From Acidimicrobiaceae bacterium (GTDB taxonomy: Bacteria > Actinomycetota > Acidimicrobiia > Acidimicrobiales > RAAP-2), in NCBI GenBank assembly GCA_003133685.1, contig PKYQ01000023.1, forward strand, positions 20,075 through 84,074: a stretch of DNA of 64,000 bases, given 5' to 3'. The notes under the pieces were generated by a model. It did not search any database. It was not told the origin of the DNA and saw only the letters and a list, made by a program, of their open reading frames with translations. Within the stretch, counting starts at the first letter, position 1, and every line of letters begins with the position of its first letter. This document shows positions 1-10,032 of this stretch, piece by piece. The position numbers and the translations under genes were made by a program.

Positions 1-400
1 CGATCACTCGGTGACACGGCACGATGATCGCGATGGGATTGCGCCCGTTGGCCAGGCCAACGGCTCGCGACGCGTTCGGGTTACCGACGCGTTGGGCCAA
101 TTCGCCGTATGAAATGGTCTCGCCGTAAGGAATCTCGCATAGCTGCGTCCACACGTTTCGCTGGAACGGCGTGCCGAGCAGATTCATTTCGAGGTCGAAC
201 GACGACAGCTCACCCGCGAAGTACGCGTCGAGTTGGGCGGCGACGTCTTTGAACCAGGCGTCGTCGGAAATCGCTTCATCGGGCGGCGGTGACGTGTGGC
301 GCTGCTCGTGCATCGACACGTTCGTCAGTACGCCGTCACGCGCGATCAGTGTGAGGGGACCAATCGGGCTCTCGATAGTGGAGGTGAGTATTTTATTCAT
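1..400 (-). CDS. ogt: Methylated-DNA--protein-cysteine methyltransferase, 3' end runs off the window
   Basis: Manual minus-strand translation gives ...IPYGETISYGELAQRVGNPNASRAVGLANGRNPIAIIVPCHRVI (PCHRV active site). ATG at 400 has an AAGGA RBS; an alternative in-frame ATG at 433 overlaps the alkA stop. Confidence 0.93.
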   Translation of the reverse strand, partial: MNKILTSTIESPIGPLTLIARDGVLTNVSMHEQRHTSPPPDEAISDDAWFKDVAAQLDAYFAGELSSFDLEMNLLGTPFQRNVWTQLCEIPYGETISYGELAQRVGNPNASRAVGLANGRNPIAIIVPCHRVI

Positions 401-429
401 CGGTTTCCTTTGTTTGATGGGGGTGGTCG

Positions 430-1899
430 TCATGAACGAGGTGGCCAATCGTTGATGCGGTGGTCGTCGACCGACCAGAGGTACTGCACCGCGTACGCGC
501 GCCACGGTCGCCAATTTTGTGAACGGTTGACGAGCGCCGCCGGCGATGTCGGGAGTCCCAGCAGTTCGGCCGCGTGACGAACGCCGAGGTCGGTTTCGAG
601 AAAGGCGTCGGCATCGCCGAGTGCGCGCATGGCGATGACCTGTCTCGTCCACGGTCCAATGCCGGGCATCGTGGACAGCGTGTTCATCGCTTGGTCGCGG
701 TCACCGCCCGGTCCGAGTTCGAGGTCGCCACTTCGCAACGCCTGCACGAGGGCCGCGAACGTGTCGCGTCGCCTCGTGGGCATCGCCAGGTCAACCTTGC
801 GCAACGCACTCGGCAACGGAAAGAGGTGCGTGAGTCCACCACCCGCATCGCTTACGGGATCGCCGTGACGCTCCACCAGGCGACCGGCGTGGGTCTGGGC
901 CGCGGACGTGGAGACCTGTTGGCCCAACACGGCTCGTAGCGCCATCTCCGCCCCGTCGACGCACCGAGGGACTCGCCGTCCCGGTGACTTGGCGATGAGC
1001 GGAGCGAGCGACTCGTCAATACTCAACTGACGGTCGATCGCCACCGGGTCGGCGTCGAGATCGAGCAGCCAGCGACTCCTCGCGATGGTCGCCGTCAGGT
1101 CTCGCATGTCGCTTAACACGGCGCGACAGCTGATGTAGTCGGGCGTCGGCGTGAGTTCGACAATGCCGGGACCGTGGGCCAACCGCAATGTCCGGCGATA
1201 GGTCTGTCCCCGAACCTCTTCGACGCCCGGAACAGCCGTGGCGGCGAGATGACCGAACAGGTTGTCGGGGCACAGGGGCTGGCGAAACGCGAGGCGTAGT
1301 TGAATTGCGGTCGACGCCTCAGCGACGCCGCGTGGTCCCTTCGCTCGGGATCGAAGCGTCGTGGGAGACGACGCGAACACTGCCTGCACGGTGTCATTGA
1401 ACTGTCGAACACTGGCGAACCCGGCGGCAAAGGCCACGTCGGTCATCGCCAGGCCGGTCGTCTCAATGAGGATTCGCGCCGTCTGTGCTCGTTGGGCTCG
1501 CGCGATCGCAATCGGACCGGCGCCGATCTCGTTTTGCAGGACACGTTCCAACTGTCGGACGCTGTAGCCGACGTGTTGGGCGAGGCCATTGACTCCCTCT
1601 CGATCGACGAGTCCGTCCGCGATGAGGCGCATGGCTCGAGCGGCCACGTCAGCGCGCGAGTTCCACTCGGGGGAGCCGGGAGACGCGTCGGGGCGACAAC
1701 GCTTGCAGGCGCGAAATCCCGCCAGCTGCGCGGCGGCGGCTGAAGGGTAGAAGCGAACGTTCTTGCGCATCGGCGTCTGAGCCGGACAACTTGGTCGACA
1801 GTAGATGTGCGTCGAGGTCACGGCGGTAAAAAACCATCCGTCGAATCGCGGATCGCGCGACTGAACCGCGAGATAACAGCGTTCAAAATCTTCGACCAT
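430..1899 (-). CDS. alkA: Ada-AlkA fusion: Ada Zn domain, AraC HTH, 3-methyladenine DNA glycosylase
   Basis: N-terminal YCRPSC...FRACKRCRP Ada metal-binding motif, FGFASVRQFN-like HTH, HhH-GPD motif PGIGPWT...D, and C-terminal WRPWRAYA. Confidence 0.95.
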   Translation of the reverse strand: MVEDFERCYLAVQSRDPRFDGWFFTAVTSTHIYCRPSCPAQTPMRKNVRFYPSAAAAQLAGFRACKRCRPDASPGSPEWNSRADVAARAMRLIADGLVDREGVNGLAQHVGYSVRQLERVLQNEIGAGPIAIARAQRAQTARILIETTGLAMTDVAFAAGFASVRQFNDTVQAVFASSPTTLRSRAKGPRGVAEASTAIQLRLAFRQPLCPDNLFGHLAATAVPGVEEVRGQTYRRTLRLAHGPGIVELTPTPDYISCRAVLSDMRDLTATIARSRWLLDLDADPVAIDRQLSIDESLAPLIAKSPGRRVPRCVDGAEMALRAVLGQQVSTSAAQTHAGRLVERHGDPVSDAGGGLTHLFPLPSALRKVDLAMPTRRRDTFAALVQALRSGDLELGPGGDRDQAMNTLSTMPGIGPWTRQVIAMRALGDADAFLETDLGVRHAAELLGLPTSPAALVNRSQNWRPWRAYAVQYLWSVDDHRINDWPPRS

Positions 1900-2102
1900 G
1901 CATCGAACTTACTGGGGCCAATCGATTCCCACTAGCGGAAAAACGACATCGCCGTTGGCCGCTCGACGCGCTCGATTGTGATGTCAGAATTCCGCTAGAA
2001 CGACTCCACGTCCGTTGGTGCGTCGAACAGTGATTGGAACGTAAAGGCGTACGCGGTGGCTGAACTGTGGGAACGACTTGTTACCTGGCAAATGTGAAAG
2101 GC

Positions 2103-4442
2103 CTACGCGGCCGCCGAGTAGGCATCCTTCTCGAGGCCGAGCGCGGGGATGAGAACGTCGGCAATCGTGCCGGCGAGGTGGAAGGTCATGACGTTACGAA
2201 CCTCTTCGGGTACGTCTTCGAGGTCTGGTCCGTTTCGTGCCGGCAAGATGATCTCGGTTAACCCGGCGCGGTGGGCAGCTAAGACCTTTTGCTTGACTCC
2301 ACCTATGGGGAGCACCCGGCCCTGCAAAGTGACCTCGCCGGTCATGGCGACGATCGAGCGGACCGGTTCGCCTCGCAGCAGACTGACGAGGGCCGTGGTC
2401 ATGGTGACGCCAGCCGACGGGCCATCCTTGGGAACGGCACCGGCCGGCACGTGGAAGTGGAATCGTTTTCCGGTGAAGGCTTTCGGGTCGATGTTCAACT
2501 CGGTGGTGTGACTGCGGACGTATGACATGGCGATCTCCGCCGACTCCTTCATGACGTCACCCAATTGTCCCGTGAGCGTCAAACCTTCCGGACCCTCGGA
2601 CACGCTGGCTTCGACGAAGAGGACGTCGCCCCCAGCGCCGGTCACGGCGAGTCCGGTCGCCACACCGGGCACGCTGGTGCGATCTGCTGATTCGAAGTAA
2701 AAGTGAGGACGTCCGAGCCAATCGCGCACGGCGGACGCGTTGACAGCGATCGGGGCTTCGCGCTCGCCGGCGGCGAGTTTCGTCGCCGCCTTACGAAGCA
2801 GTCGTCCGATTTCTCGCTCCAGGTTTCGCACGCCGGCTTCACGGGTGTAGTCGGCCACGATGACTCGCAACGCGTCGTCGTCGATCGTGACTTCATCGTC
2901 ACGCAACGCCGCGCGCGCGAGTTGGCGATCGAGAAGGTGGTGACGAGCGATCGAGATCTTCTCGGTCTCGGTGTAGCCGTCAAGCCGGATGACTTCCATC
3001 CGGTCGAGGAGTGGTCCGGGAATGGTGTCGATCACGTTGGCCGTCGCCACGAACATCACGCGCGAAAGATCGAGGTCGACCTCGAGGTAGTGGTCACGAA
3101 AGGTGTGGTTCTGCGCCGGGTCGAGGACCTCCAACAACGCGGACGAGGGGTCGCCGCGAAAGTCCGAACCCAATTTGTCGACCTCGTCGAGGACGATGAC
3201 GGGATTCATGGTGCCGGCTTCTCGCAAGGCACGAACAAGGCGTCCGGGTTGGGCACCGACGTAGGTGCGACGATGCCCTCGTATCTCCGCCTCGTCGCGA
3301 ACGCCACCGAGTGCGACCCGGACGTACTTGCGTTGCAGCGCGTTCGCAATTGACTCACCGAGGGATGTCTTGCCGACGCCCGGGGGGCCCACGAGGGCGA
3401 GAATCGCTCCCGATCCTCGGCCGTCGACGAGTGTTAAGCCACGCTCCGCTTGCAATTTCCTCACCGCGAGGTGCTCGAGGATTCGATCCTTCACGTCTTC
3501 GAGCCCGTCATGGTCGGCGTTCAAGATTCGTTGCGCCTCGGGCACGTCCAAGCGGTCCTCGGACTCGACGCCCCACGGGATCTCCAGGATCGTGTCGAGC
3601 CACGTGCGGATCCAACCGGTCTCGGGACTCTGGTCGCTGGTTCGTTCGAGTTTGTCAATCTCTCGAAGGATGGCGCTGCGCACATGCTCCGGTAGGTCGC
3701 GACCCTCGATCTTGGCGCGGTAGTCATCGGGGTCGACGTCGTCCTCGCCGAGTTGTCCCAGTTCTTTCTTGATGGCGTCGAGCTGTCGACGCAACAAGAA
3801 CTCTCGTTGCGTCTTTTCCATGCCCTCTTCCACGTCGCTCTTGATGCGGTCGCGCAGCGTCAAGTCGGCCAGCGTGTCGCGGGCCCAACCGATCACCAGG
3901 CGGAGTCGCGCTTCGACGTCGATCGTCTCGAGGACCTCCACTTTCTGCGCGAGCGTGAGGTCGGGTGAGTAGCCCGCGACGTCGGCGAGATGTCCGGGTT
4001 CGGTTATCTCGCGCAGCTGTGCGGCAATCTGACGCGCGCCGCGACTGAGCAGGATGTTCTCCAACACGGCGCGGTACTCACGGGCGAGTTCGACGACGTT
4101 TGGCGTGGCTTCGGCGTCACTGAGCGGTTCGGCTTCGACCCACAGCGCGTCGCCGGTTCCGGGAACTCCGGTGCCAATGGTGGCGCGTTGGTCGCCACGA
4201 ATGACGATGGCCTCGAGGCCACCGGGCAACGGACCTTCTTCCATCACTTCGGCGATGACCCCGACGTTCGCGTAGCGACCCTCGATGTGAGGGACCAAGA
4301 GAAGCCGGCCACCCGCAGAACGGGCGGCTTCGACTGCGACGCGCGCCTCGTTCGATTCGAGGGCCATCGTAAATACCATGCCCGGCAAAATGACGCCGGA
4401 CTTCAAGGGGAGAAGCGGCAGGGTGACGTTCTCGTTAGTCAT
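2103..4442 (-). CDS. lon: Lon ATP-dependent protease
   Basis: Walker A GPPGVGKT, Walker B IVLDEVDK, catalytic PKDGPSAG and GGVKQK. Start moved to ATG 4442, which has a GGAAAGG RBS. Confidence 0.97.
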   Translation of the reverse strand: MTNENVTLPLLPLKSGVILPGMVFTMALESNEARVAVEAARSAGGRLLLVPHIEGRYANVGVIAEVMEEGPLPGGLEAIVIRGDQRATIGTGVPGTGDALWVEAEPLSDAEATPNVVELAREYRAVLENILLSRGARQIAAQLREITEPGHLADVAGYSPDLTLAQKVEVLETIDVEARLRLVIGWARDTLADLTLRDRIKSDVEEGMEKTQREFLLRRQLDAIKKELGQLGEDDVDPDDYRAKIEGRDLPEHVRSAILREIDKLERTSDQSPETGWIRTWLDTILEIPWGVESEDRLDVPEAQRILNADHDGLEDVKDRILEHLAVRKLQAERGLTLVDGRGSGAILALVGPPGVGKTSLGESIANALQRKYVRVALGGVRDEAEIRGHRRTYVGAQPGRLVRALREAGTMNPVIVLDEVDKLGSDFRGDPSSALLEVLDPAQNHTFRDHYLEVDLDLSRVMFVATANVIDTIPGPLLDRMEVIRLDGYTETEKISIARHHLLDRQLARAALRDDEVTIDDDALRVIVADYTREAGVRNLEREIGRLLRKAATKLAAGEREAPIAVNASAVRDWLGRPHFYFESADRTSVPGVATGLAVTGAGGDVLFVEASVSEGPEGLTLTGQLGDVMKESAEIAMSYVRSHTTELNIDPKAFTGKRFHFHVPAGAVPKDGPSAGVTMTTALVSLLRGEPVRSIVAMTGEVTLQGRVLPIGGVKQKVLAAHRAGLTEIILPARNGPDLEDVPEEVRNVMTFHLAGTIADVLIPALGLEKDAYSAAA

Positions 4443-4588
4443 TGCAAAACCCTTTCCAGTGAGTGAATCCACCTGATCGACCGTGGTGAAACCAGGCAAA
4501 CTCCTTCCCACCCGGAGCGCTGGATGCTCCGAGACAAGAAGCCGAACCCGAGTTCGGGACGTTGAGCATAACGGTGATTTGCGACAAT

Positions 4589-4615
4589 CTGGCAGTCTCG
4601 GGTCGAGAGTGCTAA
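4589..4615. promoter_or_regulatory. CIRCE-like HrcA operator between lon and the redoxin gene
   Basis: CTGGCAGTC-N9-GAGTGCTAA versus consensus TTAGCACTC-N9-GAGTGCTAA. Right arm 9/9, left arm 6/9, exact 9-nt spacer. Confidence 0.65.
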
Positions 4616-4741
4616 TCGACCGAGCGGGATCGGAAATCGGTTCGGGTCACGTCAATCGTCCAGTACACGTCCTAGTGCGCCGTCCTAGACTCACCCTGAA
4701 AATACCGTGAGGCAGGAAAGAATGTCTGGCGAGAGGAGCAT

Positions 4742-5197
4742 ATGGCGTTGGCGGCGGGTGCGGTCGCACCAGATTTCGGGCTACTCGCGACCCCCGATCA
4801 GAAGGTCGCGCTCTCGGAGTTCAAGGGACCCGTGGTCCTGATCTTCTATCCGGCGGACTGGAGTCCGGTCTGCAGTGACGAACTCTCCGTCTTCAGTGCC
4901 GCGAGCCGGCTGTTCCACGCTCGCAATGCTCAGTTACTGGGAATATCAGTGGATGGTCCGTGGTGTCACGAGGCATTCAAGGAACAACGCCACGTCGCGT
5001 TCCCACTTCTCGCGGACCACAACCCCAAGGGTGCCGTCGCCAAGGCTTACGGCGTGTACCGCGACGACGACGACACGTCGGAGCGTGCGCTCTTCGTCAT
5101 TGACGGCGATGGCAAGGTGGTGTGGAGCGAAGTGTCGCCCGTCGGTGTCAATCCCGGTGCCGATGGCGCCCTTCGGGCAGTGGAGGCATTGTCATGA
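4742..5197 (+). CDS. Peroxiredoxin-like redoxin (AhpC/TSA family)
   Basis: FYPADWSPVCSDE peroxidatic Cys motif, FPLLAD, and ERALFVID with the conserved Arg. Confidence 0.88.
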   Translation: MALAAGAVAPDFGLLATPDQKVALSEFKGPVVLIFYPADWSPVCSDELSVFSAASRLFHARNAQLLGISVDGPWCHEAFKEQRHVAFPLLADHNPKGAVAKAYGVYRDDDDTSERALFVIDGDGKVVWSEVSPVGVNPGADGALRAVEALS

Positions 5198-5730
5198 GCG
5201 AGCACGTCCGTTTATCGATTCCCGTCGGACCCGACGACCACTCGCGCGGTCCACTCGACGCGAAACTCACCGTGGTCGAATATGGCGATTACCAGTGTCC
5301 CTACTGCGGCCAGGCGTATTCGATCGTCGAGCAGTTGCGCTCGGAATTCTCTGATTCCATGCGACTTATTTTTCGCAACCTTCCGCTCGTTGACGTGCAT
5401 CCGCACGCTGAGGCGGCGGCCGAGATGGCCGAAGCGATCGGACTGCAAGGAAAGTTCTGGGAGATCCATGACGCTCTGTACGAGAACCAGAAGGACCTCA
5501 GCGACGCGGCGATTTCGCGCTACGCCGAACAAGTCGGTGCTGACGTCACCACCGCGATGAACGCCATTGCTGACGGTGGACCCCGTCAACGAGTTGAGGC
5601 TGATTTCGAGGGCGCCATTCGTAGTGGCGCAAACGGCACGCCCACGTTCTTCGTGAACGGCGTGCGTTACGACGGCTCTTGGCAGTTTGAACCTTTTTCG
5701 CAGTATCTTTCAGAATTGCTCGAAGGCTGA
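5194..5730 (+). CDS. DsbA-family thioredoxin-fold protein
   Basis: EYGDYQCPYC and cis-Pro GTPTFFVNG. ATG 5194 overlaps the upstream stop (ATGA). Confidence 0.9.
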   Translation: MSEHVRLSIPVGPDDHSRGPLDAKLTVVEYGDYQCPYCGQAYSIVEQLRSEFSDSMRLIFRNLPLVDVHPHAEAAAEMAEAIGLQGKFWEIHDALYENQKDLSDAAISRYAEQVGADVTTAMNAIADGGPRQRVEADFEGAIRSGANGTPTFFVNGVRYDGSWQFEPFSQYLSELLEG

Positions 5731-5782
5731 TTTCGGCAGTGGAATGTGCAGCGACCGACTGAATGAGTCTCTACTGCGCCTC

Positions 5783-6277
5783 TCAGATGTCAACTGGCAC
5801 GAGTTTTCTGAGTTCAACTTCCGGAATCAGATATCTCTTTTGATGGATTCCCACTGGGACTTCGGCCAATTTCAAGGAAAGTTGCAACGCACTCACTTCT
5901 GGATGAAGTCCTCGCATTCTGTTCGCCATCGATGCGAATTCGTTTAGGACTCCTACGACTTGCCGACTATCGGTCTTGGACACGATGACATCGTCCATCT
6001 CGATGAGTTCATTGCGGATGAATGACTCGGGAACTCGATGAGCCTGCAGCGTCAATGCCAGATCATCGGGGAATCTCATCGCGAGATTGGATGCGGGCGA
6101 CAACGGTGAGAGAACAGGAAGAAAAATCGACTCGCTTACGAAGAGCGCATACTGGGGCCGCCAAAACAGTGGTTTGACGAACCAATTCCCCAACTTCGTC
6201 GTTGGTTCCACCACGGGTTCGCCAAGGGACTCGTGCATTCGGTCCAACAGTTTCTTGGTAGCAAGAATCGAATACAT
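5783..6277 (-). CDS. Hypothetical protein, DUF6933-like
   Basis: TKKLLDR, LGNWFV, LFVSE..FLPV and KTDSRQVVGVLNEF resemble DUF6933 as recalled. Start moved to ATG 6277. Confidence 0.6.
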   Translation of the reverse strand: MYSILATKKLLDRMHESLGEPVVEPTTKLGNWFVKPLFWRPQYALFVSESIFLPVLSPLSPASNLAMRFPDDLALTLQAHRVPESFIRNELIEMDDVIVSKTDSRQVVGVLNEFASMANRMRGLHPEVSALQLSLKLAEVPVGIHQKRYLIPEVELRKLVPVDI

Positions 6278-6353
6278 GAGCACTAATTTTGCTCGCCAAC
6301 CATCGCAACGGAAATTTTGAACAGAGTTGGATATCGGTATTGGCGTCGCGGCA

Positions 6354-6905
6354 TCAACGCGACAACCCAATGTCTCGATCTTGATCGTTCCCTGGCGGAA
6401 ACATCTCTTGCAATAAATATTGGACCCTCGGCAGAATCAGACGTTCCGGATAATAGGAGGTCAATAGATCAAGTCCCTGCTCAGCGGTCGTGAGACCACA
6501 AAGTTTGTACAACTCGCGAATGTCGTCCTGATCTCGTTCAATTCGCGACGCCATGAGTTTCATCGCCAGGAGGTATTGAGGCGACGCAGCCGCGACGCTG
6601 AGGTTTTGACCTTCGTAGACACCTATTTGATTTTCGTCGTCACCGGGCATGAACGCTTTCGCACCATCGTTCAGCCAGTCGGGTTCGAGACCCAATCGTT
6701 CGGCCACTCGAGATGCCGCGGTCCTCACCTCGTTTGACGGCACAAAGACGGCGTCAACATCCGCCGTCGCTCTTCGCGTGTCGTAGGCAATTGCCATTGC
6801 TGCGCCACCGACGATGAATACCTCGCCTCGTACGTTCAGGACCTTCAACTCCTCGTCGAGTTCCGCCAGGGCTTCAAGAAGTTCTCGACGACCGAGAAGC
6901 GCCAT
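6354..6905 (-). CDS. Predicted nucleotidyltransferase (DUF6036-like), putative toxin
   Basis: FIVGGAAMAIAYDTRRATADVDA Pol-beta-like NTase motif, DWLND, LLAMKL..SR..RD..D. Confidence 0.8.
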   Translation of the reverse strand: MALLGRRELLEALAELDEELKVLNVRGEVFIVGGAAMAIAYDTRRATADVDAVFVPSNEVRTAASRVAERLGLEPDWLNDGAKAFMPGDDENQIGVYEGQNLSVAAASPQYLLAMKLMASRIERDQDDIRELYKLCGLTTAEQGLDLLTSYYPERLILPRVQYLLQEMFPPGNDQDRDIGLSR

Positions 6906-7327
6906 TATGCGTACTCCAGCGCGCCCTGCGTTACGAAGACACCCCTGCGAGCGAGTGAAATCGGACTGTGCACCAGAGCGTTGGCATGCAACGATTTCAT
7001 GCCCGAAACAAACCAGAATTCGTTGAGAAAGTAGGGCTCATCGTTGACCCAAGATGGTGCAACTACGTCGTGCGAGGCGCACGCTAACTCCACGATTCCG
7101 GCGAGGAGTGCGTCATATCGGGCGCTGCCTGTGGCCACCGGCGGATCGGCCGTGATGCGCCGGCGAGTCTCCCAATCGGATTTGTCGTAGCGCTCTAAGA
7201 ATCGAAATGCCAGTCGAATGGCCGAGCTGGAATCTCCCTTGGCGAGACAGGCTGCGATTTCTTCGCCCACGTCGCCCACAGAGTTCTCTTTCCACGCCAC
7301 GGCCATATCGTACGACGCCCAACTCAC
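6905..7327 (-). CDS. Small partner of the NTase, putative antitoxin
   Basis: Stop overlaps the NTase start by 1 nt. TG..RYDALLAG.VE and P.W...FL..FWFVS...SP..LARRGVF are typical of genes upstream of this NTase family. Confidence 0.6.
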   Translation of the reverse strand: MSWASYDMAVAWKENSVGDVGEEIAACLAKGDSSSAIRLAFRFLERYDKSDWETRRRITADPPVATGSARYDALLAGIVELACASHDVVAPSWVNDEPYFLNEFWFVSGMKSLHANALVHSPISLARRGVFVTQGALEYA

Positions 7328-7475
7328 ACCAGGTGACGACCAAAAGATTCAAACGTACGATCCGAGTCATCTTGGACGCAAGGAACTCTTACTCAGTTGT
7401 GTCTTCTTACGATCTGGGCGTGGGACATTTTCGACTACGTCGGTATTCGCGCAAGCCGGTCTCGCCCGCTATTGA

Positions 7476-7913
7476 TTAGCTCGGCGTCGAGAGGCGCGCA
7501 AATAACACTTCAAGCGCTTCAAGGTCCGAGGGAGAAAGTGCAATCAGACTCTCTGGTGGTGCTCCGAGGATCTGTCTCGCGAGTTGAGCCGTGTCCTTGC
7601 CCTTCTTGGTGAGCGAGACGAGTTTGCGTCGATTGTCGTCAGGGTGCGGCGTGCGAATCACGAAGCCCTTTTCGACCAGCTTGTCGCAGATGACCGTCGC
7701 GTAGGGCGCGTCAAGACCATTGGCGTCGGCGATGTCGCGCAGCGTCATCGGACCCTGTTCGAGATGCAACAACACCTTGACCCGACCGAACCCGCCGCCC
7801 AGACCGAGCGCCGTTTGGAGGTCACGACGACGATCTTGGGCGTTGACGTAGTCGTACAACGCCGACCAGACGCGAGCCGCCTGCTCATCGTGGGGCCGCG
7901 TCACATCACTCAT
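7476..7913 (-). CDS. MarR family regulator
   Basis: wHTH ending D.LVEKGFVIRTPHPDDNRRKLVSLT. Overlaps the MFS stop. Confidence 0.9.
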   Translation of the reverse strand: MSDVTRPHDEQAARVWSALYDYVNAQDRRRDLQTALGLGGGFGRVKVLLHLEQGPMTLRDIADANGLDAPYATVICDKLVEKGFVIRTPHPDDNRRKLVSLTKKGKDTAQLARQILGAPPESLIALSPSDLEALEVLFARLSTPS

Positions 7914-9337
7914 CGTGCCATCTCCTTGGTCCGTAGCTCAAGACGTTCGCCATTGCGCGTCGCCGCCTCGCGGGCGCGCTGACCAGTCGAGACGAAGCCC
8001 AAGAGGCAAACGGTCGCTCCGCACCCGGCGACCACGAACCACGCGGCGTGACTGGCCCCCACAAAGGTCGCGCCGGTACCCAACGCCACGATCGATCCGG
8101 TCACCGCGACGCCGAGCGATGAGCCCACTTGACGACTGGTCGACGCGACGCCACCGGCGACGCCGGCCTGGTCGAGTGGCATGCCGGACATCGCCGTCGT
8201 GGCAATTGGCGCATTGACCAGACCACAGCCCACGCCGAAGATGACGTAGGCCCCGACGAGGTAGAGGATCGACGTATCGGTCGTCAGTCGAGCGAGGATG
8301 AGCGCGCCAATCGCCATCGGTGGTCCCGAGAGGACCAGGGGCAGTCGCGGCCCCTTCGTCGCGACCAGGTGACCCGAGACCCGAGCGAAAACGAAGAGTG
8401 TTGCGGCCATTGGAAGCAACAACAGTCCCGCCTCGAGCGCGCTGTAATGGCGCACGTCCTGGAGGTAGAGCGTGTTGAGAAAGAGGAACCCGCCCAGTGC
8501 TCCAAAGGCCGATAACGCGATGAGACTGGCGCCCGAGAAGGGGACGCTGCGAAAGAACCTGGGGTCGATCAAGGGCTCATCACGACGCAACTCGACGCGT
8601 GCGAGAACGAAAAAGGTCGCCACGCTGAGGACGAACAGCCCCAAGATCAAGGGCGAGTGCCACCCTCGTCGCGGACCCTCGATGATGCCGTAGGTGAGGG
8701 AGGCGAGTGCCACAATCACCAGGGATTGACCAAGGGGGTCGAGTCGGCGGGCTCGCTGCGCCTTCGATTCGGGGACGAAGAGTCCGGTTAAGACGATCGC
8801 GGCAATACCCACGGGCACGTTGATCCAGAAGATGGCGCGCCACCCGATGCCCGAGACGAGGACGCCGCCCAGCACGGGACCGAGGGCGAGGCTGAGCCCA
8901 AACACAGATGCCCACACTCCCATGGCTCGGGCTCGCGTCTTTGGGTCAGTGAAGATGTTGAAGATGATTGAGAGCGCCACCGGGTTCAGCATCGAACCAC
9001 CGACTGCCTGCATGGCCCGAAAGGCCACCAGCCAGCCGAGCCCGGGCGCGACGCTGCAGAGCAATGATCCGAGGGAGAAGATGGTCAGGCCGATCTGAAA
9101 GACCCTTCGTCGCCCGAAGCGATCAGCCAACGATCCCGAAAGCATCAAGAGACAGGCGATGACCAGTGAGTACGCGTCAATCGTCCACTGCAGATCGCTC
9201 ACCGTTGCATGAAAACTGTGTTGGATCGAGGGCAACGCCACGTTGACGATGGTCACGTCGACGCCCACGATGAAGAGGCTCATGCAACAAATAACGAGGA
9301 CGAGTCGCTTTCGCTTCTCGCTTAAATCGGTCATCAT
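7910..9337 (-). CDS. DHA2-type (14-TM) MFS efflux transporter
   Basis: DVTIVNVALPSI, GSLADRFGRRR (motif A), GPVLGG. Confidence 0.92.
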   Translation of the reverse strand: MMTDLSEKRKRLVLVICCMSLFIVGVDVTIVNVALPSIQHSFHATVSDLQWTIDAYSLVIACLLMLSGSLADRFGRRRVFQIGLTIFSLGSLLCSVAPGLGWLVAFRAMQAVGGSMLNPVALSIIFNIFTDPKTRARAMGVWASVFGLSLALGPVLGGVLVSGIGWRAIFWINVPVGIAAIVLTGLFVPESKAQRARRLDPLGQSLVIVALASLTYGIIEGPRRGWHSPLILGLFVLSVATFFVLARVELRRDEPLIDPRFFRSVPFSGASLIALSAFGALGGFLFLNTLYLQDVRHYSALEAGLLLLPMAATLFVFARVSGHLVATKGPRLPLVLSGPPMAIGALILARLTTDTSILYLVGAYVIFGVGCGLVNAPIATTAMSGMPLDQAGVAGGVASTSRQVGSSLGVAVTGSIVALGTGATFVGASHAAWFVVAGCGATVCLLGFVSTGQRAREAATRNGERLELRTKEMAR

Positions 9338-9350
9338 CGTGGTCTCCTGC

Positions 9351-9377
9351 ATAGTTATGTTGTGATAACACAACTAT
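9351..9377. promoter_or_regulatory. Inverted repeat, putative MarR operator upstream of the MFS-marR operon
   Basis: ATAGTTATGTT-N5-AACACAACTAT, 11-bp arms with one mismatch. Confidence 0.55.
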
Positions 9378-9476
9378 TGTATCGATGTCTTACCTTTCTC
9401 ATGCCTATTTAATCCATGTTCAATCACACGGGGGAGTTCGCAGCACCGGTCCGATACTGTCGGGTGACAAGGAGGC

Positions 9477-9974
9477 TTGATGCCCAACCCCATCACCACT
9501 CCACACATCCCCTCGTTGTGGCGCATGATCGCAGGCAGCGTCCTGGGTGTGGGCATAGTCACCTTCGGGGGGATCGTGGTATCCAGGGACTTTGACTGGG
9601 GAGCCTCAATGGTGGTGATGTGGGTCGTAATATTCAGCGTGGGGTTTCTGGTGCCCGCGTGGCGCCGTTACGCACGCCTGCACGCGGCACTGCGTCGTGG
9701 TGAGGACGTGACCGCCCTGCTGGCGCGACGCTGGTCGTCTCGCGCAGAGCTCACCGACCCCAGGACCCGCCGCCGGGCCCGGGCCGTCCTCGGGCTCATG
9801 GTGGTGTTCTTGGCCGCCACATTGGTTTGGTGGGCGACCCACTCCGTCGTTGCTGAAATGGCCGCCCTGGCGGCTATGGTGGTGTGGCTAGCGACCGGTA
9901 TCCCGCTCGCCTTGTACGAGCGACGCCATCCCTTCTCACTCTCTCCTAGCGAGTCCAACACCCCTAACGACTAG
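9477..9974 (+). CDS. Hypothetical membrane protein (about 4 TM)
   Basis: Four hydrophobic segments; no recognisable motif. Confidence 0.6.
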   Translation: MMPNPITTPHIPSLWRMIAGSVLGVGIVTFGGIVVSRDFDWGASMVVMWVVIFSVGFLVPAWRRYARLHAALRRGEDVTALLARRWSSRAELTDPRTRRRARAVLGLMVVFLAATLVWWATHSVVAEMAALAAMVVWLATGIPLALYERRHPFSLSPSESNTPND

Positions 9975-10032
9975 CAGCGTGTCCGAGATGAGACACACGT
10001 TGTAAGGTCAGCGCTTTTTTAGGGGTGAGTTA

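Noticed and set aside
1900-2100. LexA SOS box or Ada box upstream of alkA
   Set aside because: No TCGAAC-N4-GTTCGA found, and I cannot verify an Ada-box consensus from memory.
2703-3353. Long antisense or alternate-frame ORFs (also 20378-21412, 59602-60402, 59828-60718, 61725-62618 and many shorter ones)
   Set aside because: They shadow well-supported genes in high-GC DNA and show no motifs or RBS.
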